4,630 bases of DNA from a virus (lineage: Duplodnaviria > Heunggongvirae > Uroviricota > Caudoviricetes), in the IMG/VR virus record IMGVR_UViG_2663763286_000024; one strand, 5' to 3'. The translations under genes were made by a program, and so were the position numbers. Positions 1 to 4,630 of the stretch are shown here, one piece after another. The notes below the pieces were generated by a model that was given only the letters and a program-made list of their open reading frames with translations, was not told where the DNA came from and made no database searches. How positions within the stretch are numbered: position 1 is the stretch's first letter; each line of letters begins with the position of its first letter.

Positions 1-2
1 TA

Positions 3-119
3 ACGTGGGTGGACTGGTATAACAATCGACGATTGCTGGAAAGGCTGGGCCATATTCCTCCGGCAGAAGCAGAAAAAGCTTATTATGCTTCCATCGGAAA
101 TAATGATCTGGCAGCCTGA
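3..119 (+). CDS. IS3-family transposase OrfB, C-terminal fragment (5' end outside window)
   Basis: Frame 3 is open from the window edge to TGA at 117-119 and translates TWVDWYNNRRLLERLGHIPPAEAEKAYYASIGNNDLAA. The YNxxR...LG..P.E pattern is typical of IS3-family OrfB C-termini. The other two frames have stops within 25 nt. Confidence 0.75.
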   Translation, partial: TWVDWYNNRRLLERLGHIPPAEAEKAYYASIGNNDLAA

Positions 120-136
120 GTTCACAGATAAAATAC

Positions 137-161
137 TCTCCAGGAAACCCGGGGCGGTTCA
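137..161 (+). repeat. Right terminal inverted repeat (IRR) of IS copy 1
   Basis: Reverse complement of 137-161 is TGAACCGCCCCGGGTTTCCTGGAGA, against TGAACCGCCCCGGAAATCCTGGAGA at 4250-4274. Confidence 0.7.
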
Positions 162-238
162 CCCGGCAATTTCTGCAATCTGCGAAGCTGGCGATCGGTC
201 AGACTTAAATGCCTGACAACTTCAGTCTGCGTAGCCAC
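162..238 (-). pseudogene. Probable 5' stub of terminase small-subunit (Nu1/NohD-like) gene, truncated by the IS insertion at 161/162
   Basis: On the minus strand a GTG at 238-236 is preceded by GAGGTGAGGA (Shine-Dalgarno-like) and an in-frame stop one codon upstream. The frame then stays open for 25 codons (VATQTEVVRHLSLTDRQLRRLQKLP) to the IS junction. The start lies about 195 bp from the cosN end, matching lambda geometry where Nu1 starts about 190 bp from the left cohesive end. Sequence similarity to Nu1 was not verified. Confidence 0.25.
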
Positions 239-285
239 TCCTCACCTCGCAAAAACTCTCACCTCACAATTAGCACAAAACCGAT

Positions 286-384
286 CATGTCCGGTTTATA
301 TGTCCATTTTTTGCGCATGTCCGGTTCACGGAAAGCCCGTTCTTATATTTTTCATGTAGTTAACTTGCAGAGAAACCGGACATG
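286..384. repeat. cosB-like terminase-binding repeats: three copies of CATGTCCGGTT (two direct at 286-296 and 316-326, one inverted at 374-384)
   Basis: Exact 11-mer present three times. Positions relative to cosN (about 49-59, 107-117 and 137-147 nt) and orientation (nearest copy inverted relative to the other two) mirror the lambda R3/R2/R1 arrangement. The AT-rich spacer 327-373 lies where lambda has the IHF site I1. Confidence 0.6.
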
Positions 385-470
385 GTTCCCGGAAAATTTT
401 CATAAATAGCGAAAACCCGCGAGGTCGCCGCCCCGTAACCTGTCGGATCGCCGGAAAGGACCCGCAAAAT
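286..470 (-). other. cos site (cosB - cosN - cosQ side) of a lambdoid phage
   Basis: Reverse complement of 422-433 is GGGCGGCGACCT, the lambda 12-nt cohesive end. The roughly 45 nt on the cosB side (377-421) and 30 nt on the other side (434-465, CGTAACCTGTCGGATCGCCGGAAAGGACCCG) match my recollection of the lambda left and right termini with few differences. Confidence 0.75.
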
Positions 471-632
471 GATAATAATTATCATCTACATGTCACAACG
501 TGCATCTACGCCATCAAACCACGTCAAATAATTAATTATGACGCAGGTATCGTATTAATTGATCTGCATCAACTTAACGTAAAAACAACTTCAGACAATA
601 CAAATCAGCGACACTGAATACGGGGCAACCTC

Positions 633-827
633 ATGTCAACGAAGAACAGAACCCGCAGAACAACAACCCGCAACATCCGCTTTCCTAACCAAATGATTGA
701 ACAAATTAACATCGCTCTTGATCAAAAAGGGTCCGGAAATTTCTCAGCCTGGGTCATTGAAGCCTGCCGTCGGAGGCTAACGTCAGAAAAGAGAGCATAT
801 ACATCAATTAAAAGTGATGAAGAATGA
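633..827 (+). CDS. ylcI: Small basic ribbon-helix-helix-like DNA-binding protein (YlcI/DUF3950-like), 64 aa
   Basis: ATG at 633 with GGGG 7 nt upstream, 64 codons to TGA. Arg/Thr-rich N-terminus, then a predicted beta-strand (IRFP), helix (NQMIEQINIALDQ), G-x-S/N turn (KGSGN) and helix (FSAWVIEACRRRL), as in Arc/MetJ/CopG proteins. Size and position next to cos match the DLP12 ylcI locus as I recall it; the symbol is tentative. Confidence 0.6.
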   Translation: MSTKNRTRRTTTRNIRFPNQMIEQINIALDQKGSGNFSAWVIEACRRRLTSEKRAYTSIKSDEE

Positions 828-991
828 ACATCCCGCGTTCTTCCCTCCGAACAGGACGATATTGTAAATTCACTTAATTACGAGGGCATTGCAGTAATTG
901 AGTTGCAGTTTTACCACTTTCCTGACAGTGACAGACTGCGTGTTGGCTCTGTCACAGGTTAAGTAGTTTGAATGATTAGCAGTTATGGTGA

Positions 992-1198
992 TCAGTCAAC
1001 CACCAGGGAATAATCCTTCATATTATTATCGTGCTTCACCAACGCTGCCTCAATTGCCCTGAATGCTTCCAGAGACACCTTATGTTCTATACATGCAATT
1101 ACAACATCAGGGTAACTCATAGAAATGGTGCTATTAAGCATATTTTTTACACGAATCAGATCCACGGAGGGATCATCAGCAGATTGTTCTTTATTCAT
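992..1198 (-). CDS. ybcW: Small acidic hypothetical protein, 68 aa (YbcW-like lambdoid moron)
   Basis: ATG at 1198-1196 (minus) with GGAG 7 nt upstream, 68 codons. Synteny (between the cos-proximal RHH gene and the DUF1398-like gene near bor) and length match DLP12 ybcW and a lambda right-end ORF as recalled. AT-rich. Confidence 0.6.
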
Positions 1199-1246
1199 TT
1201 TGTCGCTCCATGCGCTTGCTCTTCATCTAGCGGTTAAAATATTACT

Positions 1247-1272
1247 TCAAATCTTTCTGTATGAAGATTTGA
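1247..1272. promoter_or_regulatory. Perfect 9-bp inverted repeat TCAAATCTT-N8-AAGATTTGA in the divergent intergenic region between the 68-aa and 136-aa genes
   Basis: Seen directly: 1247-1255 and 1264-1272 are exact reverse complements. Located 49 bp upstream of the minus-strand start at 1198. Candidate operator or 5' leader hairpin. Confidence 0.3.
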
Positions 1273-1483
1273 GCACGTTGGCCTTACATACATCTGTCGG
1301 TTGTATTTCCCTCCAGAATGCCAGCAGGACCGCACTTTGTTACGCAACCAATACTATTAATTGAAAACATTCCTAATATTTGACATAAATCATCAACAAA
1401 ACACAAAGAGGTCAGACCAGATTGAAACGATAAAAACGATAATGCAAACTACGCGCCCTCGTATCACATGGAAGGTTTTACCA

Positions 1484-1894
1484 ATGGCTCAGGTTGCCAT
1501 TTTTAAAGAAATATTCGATCAAGTGCGAAAAGATTTAAACTGTGAATTGTTTTATTCTGAACTAAAACGTCACAATGTCTCACATTATATTTACTATCTA
1601 GCCACAGATAATATTCACATTGTGTTAGAAAACGATAACACTGTGTTAATAAAAGGACTTAAAAAGGTTGTAAATGTTAAATTCTCAAGAAATACGCATC
1701 TTATAGAAACGTCCTATGATAGGTTGAAATCAAGAGAAATCACATTTCAGCAATACAGGGAAAATCTTGCTAAAGCAGGAGTTTTCCGATGGGTTACAAA
1801 TATCCACGAACATAAAAGATATTACTATGCCTTTGATAATTCATTACTATTTACTGAGAGCATTCAGAACACTACACAAATCTTTCCACGCTAA
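1484..1894 (+). CDS. ybcV: Hypothetical protein, DUF1398/YbcV-like lambdoid moron (136 aa from the ATG at 1484; the frame is open from 1361)
   Basis: The frame is open 1361..1894. The ATG at 1484 has a strong Shine-Dalgarno (GGAAGG at 1470-1475, 8-nt spacer) and gives 136 aa, matching the recalled length of E. coli YbcV. Alternative starts are TTG 1361 (177 aa) and ATG 1442 (150 aa, no SD). Strongly AT-rich compared with the neighbouring lysis genes. Confidence 0.7.
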   Translation: MAQVAIFKEIFDQVRKDLNCELFYSELKRHNVSHYIYYLATDNIHIVLENDNTVLIKGLKKVVNVKFSRNTHLIETSYDRLKSREITFQQYRENLAKAGVFRWVTNIHEHKRYYYAFDNSLLFTESIQNTTQIFPR

Positions 1895-2185
1895 ATCATA
1901 ACGTCCGGTTTCTTCCGTGTCAGCACCGGGGCGTTGGCATAATGCAATACGTGTACGCGCTAAACCCTGTGTGCATCGTTATTAATTATTCCCGGACACT
2001 CCCGCAGAGGAGTTTCCCTGTCAGGGCTGCGGACATAGTTAATCCGGGAATACAGTGACGATCCTTCGCATCTGACATACATTAATAAATATTAACAATA
2101 TGAGATTTCAACTCATTGTTTAGGGTTTGTTTAATTTTCTACACATACGATTCTGCGAACTTTAAAAAGCATCGGGAATAACACC

Positions 2186-2479
2186 ATGAAAAAAATGCTA
2201 CTCGCTACTGCGCTGGCCCTGCTTATTACAGGATGTGCCCAACAGACGTTTACTGTTCAAAACAAACCGGCAGCAGTAACACCAAAGGAAACCATCACCC
2301 ACCATTTCTTCGTCTCTGGAATTGGGCAGAAGAAAACTGTCGATGCAGCCAAAATTTGTGGCGGCGCAGAAAATGTTGTTAAAACAGAAACCCAGCAAAC
2401 ATTCGTAAATGGATTGCTCGGTTTTATTACTTTAGGCATTTATACTCCGCTGGAAGCGCGTGTGTATTGCTCACAATAA
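2186..2479 (+). CDS. bor: Bor outer-membrane lipoprotein (lambda Bor / Iss family, serum-resistance associated), 97 aa
   Basis: Translation MKKMLLATALALLITGCAQQTFTVQNKPAAV... matches lambda Bor as I recall it. Signal peptide with lipobox LITGC. Opposite strand to the lysis cassette and immediately downstream of Rz, as in lambda. Confidence 0.93.
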   Translation: MKKMLLATALALLITGCAQQTFTVQNKPAAVTPKETITHHFFVSGIGQKKTVDAAKICGGAENVVKTETQQTFVNGLLGFITLGIYTPLEARVYCSQ

Positions 2480-2486
2480 TTGCATG

Positions 2487-2510
2487 AGTTGCCCATCGAT
2501 ATGGGCAACT
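2487..2510. terminator. Hairpin (10-bp stem AGTTGCCCAT / ATGGGCAACT, 4-nt loop) between convergent bor and Rz; possible bidirectional terminator
   Basis: Perfect inverted repeat at 2487-2496 and 2501-2510, 8 nt after the bor stop and immediately after the Rz stop. There is no clear U-tract on either side, so the terminator call is weak. Confidence 0.35.
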
Positions 2511-2972
2511 CTATCTGCACTGCTCATTAATATACTTCTGGGTTCCTTCCAGTTGTTTTTGCATAGTGATCAGCCTCTCTCTGAGGGTGAAATAATCCCG
2601 TTCAGCGGTGTCTGCCAGTCGGGGGGAGGCTGCATTATCCACGCCGGAGGCGGTGGTGGCTTCACGCACTGACTGACAGACTGCTTTGATGTGCAACCGA
2701 CGACGACCAGCGGCAACATCATCACGCAGAGCATCATTTTCAGCTTTAGCATCAGCTAACTCCTTCGTGTATTTTGCATCGAGCGCAGCAACATCACGCT
2801 GACGCATCTGCATGTCAGTAATTGCCGCGTTCGCCAGCTTCAGTTCTCTGGCATTTTTGTCGCGCTGGGCCTTGTAGGTAATGGCGTTATCACGGTAATG
2901 ATTAACAGCCCAAGACAGGCAGACGATGATGCAAATAACCAGAGCGGAGATAATCGCGGTTACTCTGCTCAT
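2511..2972 (-). CDS. Rz: Rz spanin, inner-membrane subunit (i-spanin), 153 aa
   Basis: Translation [55 protein letters not shown]... matches lambda Rz as recalled. Start overlaps the R stop (ATGA). Confidence 0.93.
   Translation of the reverse strand: MSRVTAIISALVICIIVCLSWAVNHYRDNAITYKAQRDKNARELKLANAAITDMQMRQRDVAALDAKYTKELADAKAENDALRDDVAAGRRRLHIKAVCQSVREATTASGVDNAASPRLADTAERDYFTLRERLITMQKQLEGTQKYINEQCR
2570..2752 (-). CDS. Rz1: Rz1 spanin, outer-membrane lipoprotein subunit (o-spanin), 60 aa, embedded in Rz in the +1 frame
   Basis: Translation [60 protein letters not shown] has a lipobox (VVGC) and a proline-rich segment, and matches lambda Rz1 as recalled. Confidence 0.88.
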   Translation of the reverse strand: MLKLKMMLCVMMLPLVVVGCTSKQSVSQCVKPPPPPAWIMQPPPDWQTPLNGIISPSERG

Positions 2973-3445
2973 ACCTCAATCTCTCTGACCGTTCCGCCAG
3001 CTTCTTTGAATTTTGCAATCAGGCTGTCAGCCTTATGCTCGAACTGACCATAACCAGCGCCCGGCAGTGAAGCCCAGATATTGCTGCAACGGTCAATTGC
3101 CTGACGAATATCACCGCGATCAATCATCGGTAAAGCGCCACGTTCTTTAATCTGCTGCAATGCCACTGCGTCCTGGCTTTTGGGGGAGAAGTCTTTCAGG
3201 CCAAGCTGCTTACGGTAAGCATCCCACCAGCGTGAAAGAAGCTGATAACGTCCGGCTGCTGTTGATTTGAGTTTGGGGTTTAGCGTGACAAGTTTGCGAG
3301 GGTGATCGGAGTAATCAGTAAATAGCTCTCCGCCTACAATGACGTCATAACCATGATTTCTGGTTTTCTGCCGTCCGTTATCCGTTCCTTCTGACCATGC
3401 CACCATATCGAGGAAAGCTTTACGCTGAGGATTAAGATTTTGCAT
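2969..3445 (-). CDS. R: Endolysin R (lambda-type lytic transglycosylase), 158 aa
   Basis: Translation ...[46 protein letters not shown]... matches lambda R as recalled, including the catalytic-Glu region WSEGT. Only the first 7 residues differ (MQNLNPQ here, MVEINNQ in lambda as recalled). Start lies inside the 3' end of the holin gene. Confidence 0.93.
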   Translation of the reverse strand: MQNLNPQRKAFLDMVAWSEGTDNGRQKTRNHGYDVIVGGELFTDYSDHPRKLVTLNPKLKSTAAGRYQLLSRWWDAYRKQLGLKDFSPKSQDAVALQQIKERGALPMIDRGDIRQAIDRCSNIWASLPGAGYGQFEHKADSLIAKFKEAGGTVREIEV

Positions 3446-3749
3446 TTTTCACCCCTGTCAGTCGTTCCCAGAAGTATGTCAGTGCAACCGAACCCATCGC
3501 ACCACTAATCCCCGCTGTCGCGAGAATCATGTAAATACTGAATCCACTTTCGATACTGATCAGGCCACCAATAACACCGGTGAATCCCGACACCACTATC
3601 TGAGCCAAAGCATTTATCCAGCTCCACGTTGCTTTACTCTGCTTCACATCTATCAGGTAGCGGACCAGACCGCCCCAACCTGCGATGATCAGCAAAACGA
3701 GCCAGAACGCTCCGGCAAGGCTCTCTTTTTCGTGCATATGAATAGCCAA
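3432..3749 (-). CDS. Holin, class I topology (three predicted TMDs), about 101-105 aa; not lambda S by sequence
   Basis: Sits in the S position directly upstream of and overlapping R. Three hydrophobic segments (LAGAFWLVLLIIAGWGGLV, WINALAQIVVSGFTGVIGGLI, FSIYMILATAGISGAMGSVAL) and a short charged C-terminal tail. The ORF-track start at 3749 is a TTG; the first ATG is at 3737 (codon 5). Sequence is unlike lambda S (MKMPEKHDLLAAILAAKEQG...). Confidence 0.8.
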   Translation of the reverse strand: MAIHMHEKESLAGAFWLVLLIIAGWGGLVRYLIDVKQSKATWSWINALAQIVVSGFTGVIGGLISIESGFSIYMILATAGISGAMGSVALTYFWERLTGVKNAKS

Positions 3750-3854
3750 TGTTTCGCCGCCGACAAAAGGCCGGGACGTTAAATGTCAGAAATCAGGCTC
3801 ACGGGGTAATTTAACGACAAAGCACGGAGTTGATGCTCCCCGCAAGCCTGGAAT

Positions 3855-3877
3855 AAAAAAGCCAGCATGTAGCTGGC
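3855..3877 (-). terminator. Rho-independent terminator on the minus strand (tR'-like), upstream of the holin gene
   Basis: Minus strand reads GCCAGC-TACAT-GCTGGC followed by TTTTTTATT (stem 3877-3872 and 3866-3861, U-tract 3860-3855). Lies about 105 nt upstream of the holin start, analogous to lambda tR' at the end of the 6S leader. Confidence 0.5.
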
Positions 3878-3953
3878 AACAGAGGGTTAAGCAATATCAA
3901 CTCAACAGCTGAAGACACCCTGGCTGGGGTACGTTGGAAGGATACTCACCGCC

Positions 3954-3989
3954 CAGAAACAGAAAAGCCCAAGGCTTTAAACCTCGGGC
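3954..3989 (-). terminator. Second hairpin plus U-rich tract on the minus strand (8-bp stem with one G-U, 7-nt loop)
   Basis: Minus strand reads GCCCGAGG-TTTAAAG-CCTTGGGC followed by TTTTCTGTTTCTG. Lies between the candidate late promoter and the tR'-like terminator. Confidence 0.35.
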
Positions 3990-4046
3990 TTGAATTTGGA
4001 TTACGGCCAGTGCGTACAACATTGGCAAAATATCAGATTTACATAA

Positions 4047-4075
4047 AATATATGATTTTTAATCCAGTTTTGCAA
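4047..4075 (-). promoter_or_regulatory. Candidate sigma70 late promoter (pR'-like): TTGCAA - 17 bp - TATATT on the minus strand
   Basis: -35 at 4075-4070 and -10 at 4052-4047 on the minus strand, with a predicted start near 4040, about 185 nt upstream of the terminator U-tract at 3855 (lambda 6S RNA is about 194 nt). A weaker alternative is TTGCCA (4028-4023) - 17 bp - CGTAAT (4005-4000). Motif inspection only. Confidence 0.3.
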
Positions 4076-4249
4076 TATCTTGCTGTGAAAATGTGGTCTT
4101 TTGTTTTGAACGTGTTTTCGTTAAAAGCAATAAAGCTTGGCTATCAAGCTGTAGAAAAATGTGCTTCATTGCAACCCAGCGTTCAGTAAATGTCTCAGAC
4201 CAGTTTTTTGATGTCACTCCCACCAGTGATGCCAACTCCTGGTATTCAT
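4059..4249 (-). pseudogene. 3' fragment of an ORF truncated by IS copy 2; positionally where the late antiterminator Q gene would be
   Basis: The minus-strand frame is open from the IS junction (4249) for 62 codons (EYQELASLVGVTSKNWSETFTERWVAMKHIFLQLDSQALLLLTKTRSKQKTTFSQQDIAKLD) to TAA at 4061-4059. It has no start codon, because its 5' part would lie beyond the IS. It does not resemble lambda Q as I recall it, so identity is unverified. Confidence 0.3.
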
Positions 4250-4274
4250 TGAACCGCCCCGGAAATCCTGGAGA
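4250..4274 (+). repeat. Left terminal inverted repeat (IRL) of IS copy 2
   Basis: TGAACCGCCCCGGAAATCCTGGAGA; 22 of 25 positions match the reverse complement of 137-161; TG...CA termini typical of the IS3 family. Confidence 0.7.
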
Positions 4275-4303
4275 CTAAACTCCCTGAGAAAGAGGTAAAC
4301 AGG

Positions 4304-4630
4304 ATGACTAAAAATACACGTTTTTCCCCCGAGGTCCGTCAACGGGCAGTTCGTATGGTTCTGGAAAGTCAGGGCGAATATGACTCACAATGGGCGGCAA
4401 TTTGTTCCATTGCCCCAAAGATTGGCTGTACACCAGAGACTCTGCGTGTGTGGGTTCGTCAGCATGAGCGGGATACCGGGAGTGGTGATGGTGGACTCAC
4501 CACCGCTGAACGTCAGCGTCTGAAAGAGCTGGAACGTGAAAATCGTGAACTGCGCCGCAGTAACGATATCCTTCGCCAGGCTTCCGCTTATTTTGCGAAG
4601 GCGGAGTTCGACCGCCTCTGGAAAAAATGA
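4304..4630 (+). CDS. IS3-family transposase OrfA (HTH DNA-binding and leucine-zipper protein), 108 aa
   Basis: ATG at 4304 with AGAGG about 9 nt upstream. N-terminal helix-turn-helix region and C-terminal heptad-like [25 protein letters not shown]. Ends with TGA at the window edge, directly after an A6 run (4622-4627) that would be the IS3-type -1 frameshift site into OrfB. Confidence 0.88.
   Translation: MTKNTRFSPEVRQRAVRMVLESQGEYDSQWAAICSIAPKIGCTPETLRVWVRQHERDTGSGDGGLTTAERQRLKELERENRELRRSNDILRQASAYFAKAEFDRLWKK

Larger units (their letters stand above)
1..161 (+). mobile_element. IS3-family insertion sequence (IS629/IS1203-like), 3' end only: transposase OrfB C-terminus plus right terminal inverted repeat
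   Basis: Open frame 3..119 encodes a typical DDE-transposase C-terminal tail. Bases 137-161, ending GGTTCA, are the reverse complement of the IS left end at 4250-4274 (22 of 25 positions match, TG...CA termini). Confidence 0.8.
4250..4630 (+). mobile_element. IS3-family insertion sequence (IS629/IS1203-like), 5' end: left inverted repeat plus complete OrfA; rest beyond window
   Basis: Left end TGAACCGCCCCGGAAATCCTGGAGA at 4250-4274 is the inverted partner of 137-161. OrfA (4304-4630) begins [31 protein letters not shown]..., which I recognise as the OrfA of IS629/IS1203/IS3411-type elements of E. coli and Shigella. Confidence 0.85.

Noticed and set aside
209-409. 66-aa plus-strand ORF from the six-frame track
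   Set aside because: It lies entirely over the cosB repeat region next to cosN, has no ribosome-binding site, and its low-complexity translation looks like a chance open frame in a cis-acting site.
824-877. 17-codon mini-ORF whose ATG overlaps the stop of the RHH gene (ATGA)
   Set aside because: Too short to support as a gene from sequence alone; mentioned only as a possible translational-coupling feature in the RHH finding.
927-953. 7-bp stem hairpin (GTGACAG ... CTGTCAC, 13-nt loop) between the convergent RHH and 68-aa genes
   Set aside because: Short stem, long loop and no U-tract; could be a weak terminator but the evidence is insufficient for a feature call.
1031-1364. Two plus-strand ORFs (1031-1237 and 1125-1364)
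   Set aside because: They are antisense to, or overlap the promoter region of, the better-supported 68-aa minus-strand gene (which has an SD and matches lambdoid synteny), and their translations are Cys/His/Phe-rich in a way typical of wrong-frame AT-rich DNA.
1380-1408. Perfect TTGACA hexamer (1380-1385) as a promoter for the DUF1398-like gene
   Set aside because: No acceptable -10 element at 16-18 bp spacing (ACAAAG or CACAAA), so a promoter call is not supported.
2198-2439. Two minus-strand ORFs (2198-2398 and 2257-2439)
   Set aside because: Both lie wholly inside bor on the opposite strand; bor is confidently identified, so these are antisense shadow ORFs.
2460-2672. 70-aa plus-strand ORF
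   Set aside because: It is antisense to the 3' end of Rz/Rz1, and its Gly/Pro-rich translation is the complement of the proline-rich Rz1 region.
3432-3749. Assigning the holin as lambda S
   Set aside because: Despite the identical position and lambda-like R/Rz, the translated sequence does not match lambda S as I recall it, so it is reported as a holin of another family.
162-4249. Interpreting the IS-bracketed segment as a functional composite transposon
   Set aside because: Only the inward-facing IS ends are in the window, the outer ends and target duplications cannot be seen, and IS3-family elements are not known for classic composite transposons; it is reported as a possibility in the IS finding, not as a feature.
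4093-4278. 61-aa plus-strand ORF
   Set aside because: It crosses the prophage/IS boundary at 4249/4250 and so is a chimeric reading frame created by the insertion; no RBS.
1-4630. tRNA genes, CRISPR arrays or stx-type toxin genes, which are sometimes found between Q and S or near cos in lambdoid prophages
   Set aside because: No cloverleaf-compatible sequence with a GGTTCGAnTCC-type T-loop, no regularly spaced direct repeats, and no unassigned ORFs of suitable size were seen; the Q-S interval here is only about 300 bp.

Overview
This window reads as the cos-proximal right arm of a lambda-like (lambdoid) prophage, in reverse orientation to the canonical lambda map, bracketed by the inward-facing ends of two directly oriented IS3-family insertion sequences (IS629/IS1203-like, recognised from memory). 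The host is probably Escherichia or Shigella. All protein identifications are by recollection and sequence motifs; no database search was run. Left to right: IS copy 1 tail (1-161, OrfB C-terminus plus right inverted repeat); a probable 5' stub of the terminase small-subunit gene (162-238, minus); an intact cos site (cosB repeats 286-384, cosN 422-433, cosQ side to about 470); a 64-aa ribbon-helix-helix-like protein (633-827); a 68-aa acidic protein (992-1198, minus) and an AT-rich 136-aa protein (1484-1894) of unknown function; the Bor lipoprotein (2186-2479); the lysis cassette on the minus strand (Rz with embedded Rz1 2511-2972, R endolysin 2969-3445, three-TMD holin 3432-3749); two hairpin terminators and a candidate late promoter (3855-4075, minus); an open frame cut off at the IS junction (4059-4249, minus); and IS copy 2 head with OrfA (4250-4630). 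Rz, Rz1, R and Bor match lambda as I remember it, but the holin is not lambda S, which points to a mosaic junction. I do not see a clearly novel multi-gene system. The most interesting points are the IS bracketing, which appears to separate the lysis cassette and morons from both the terminase and the late activator, and the uncharacterised moron cluster between cos and bor.
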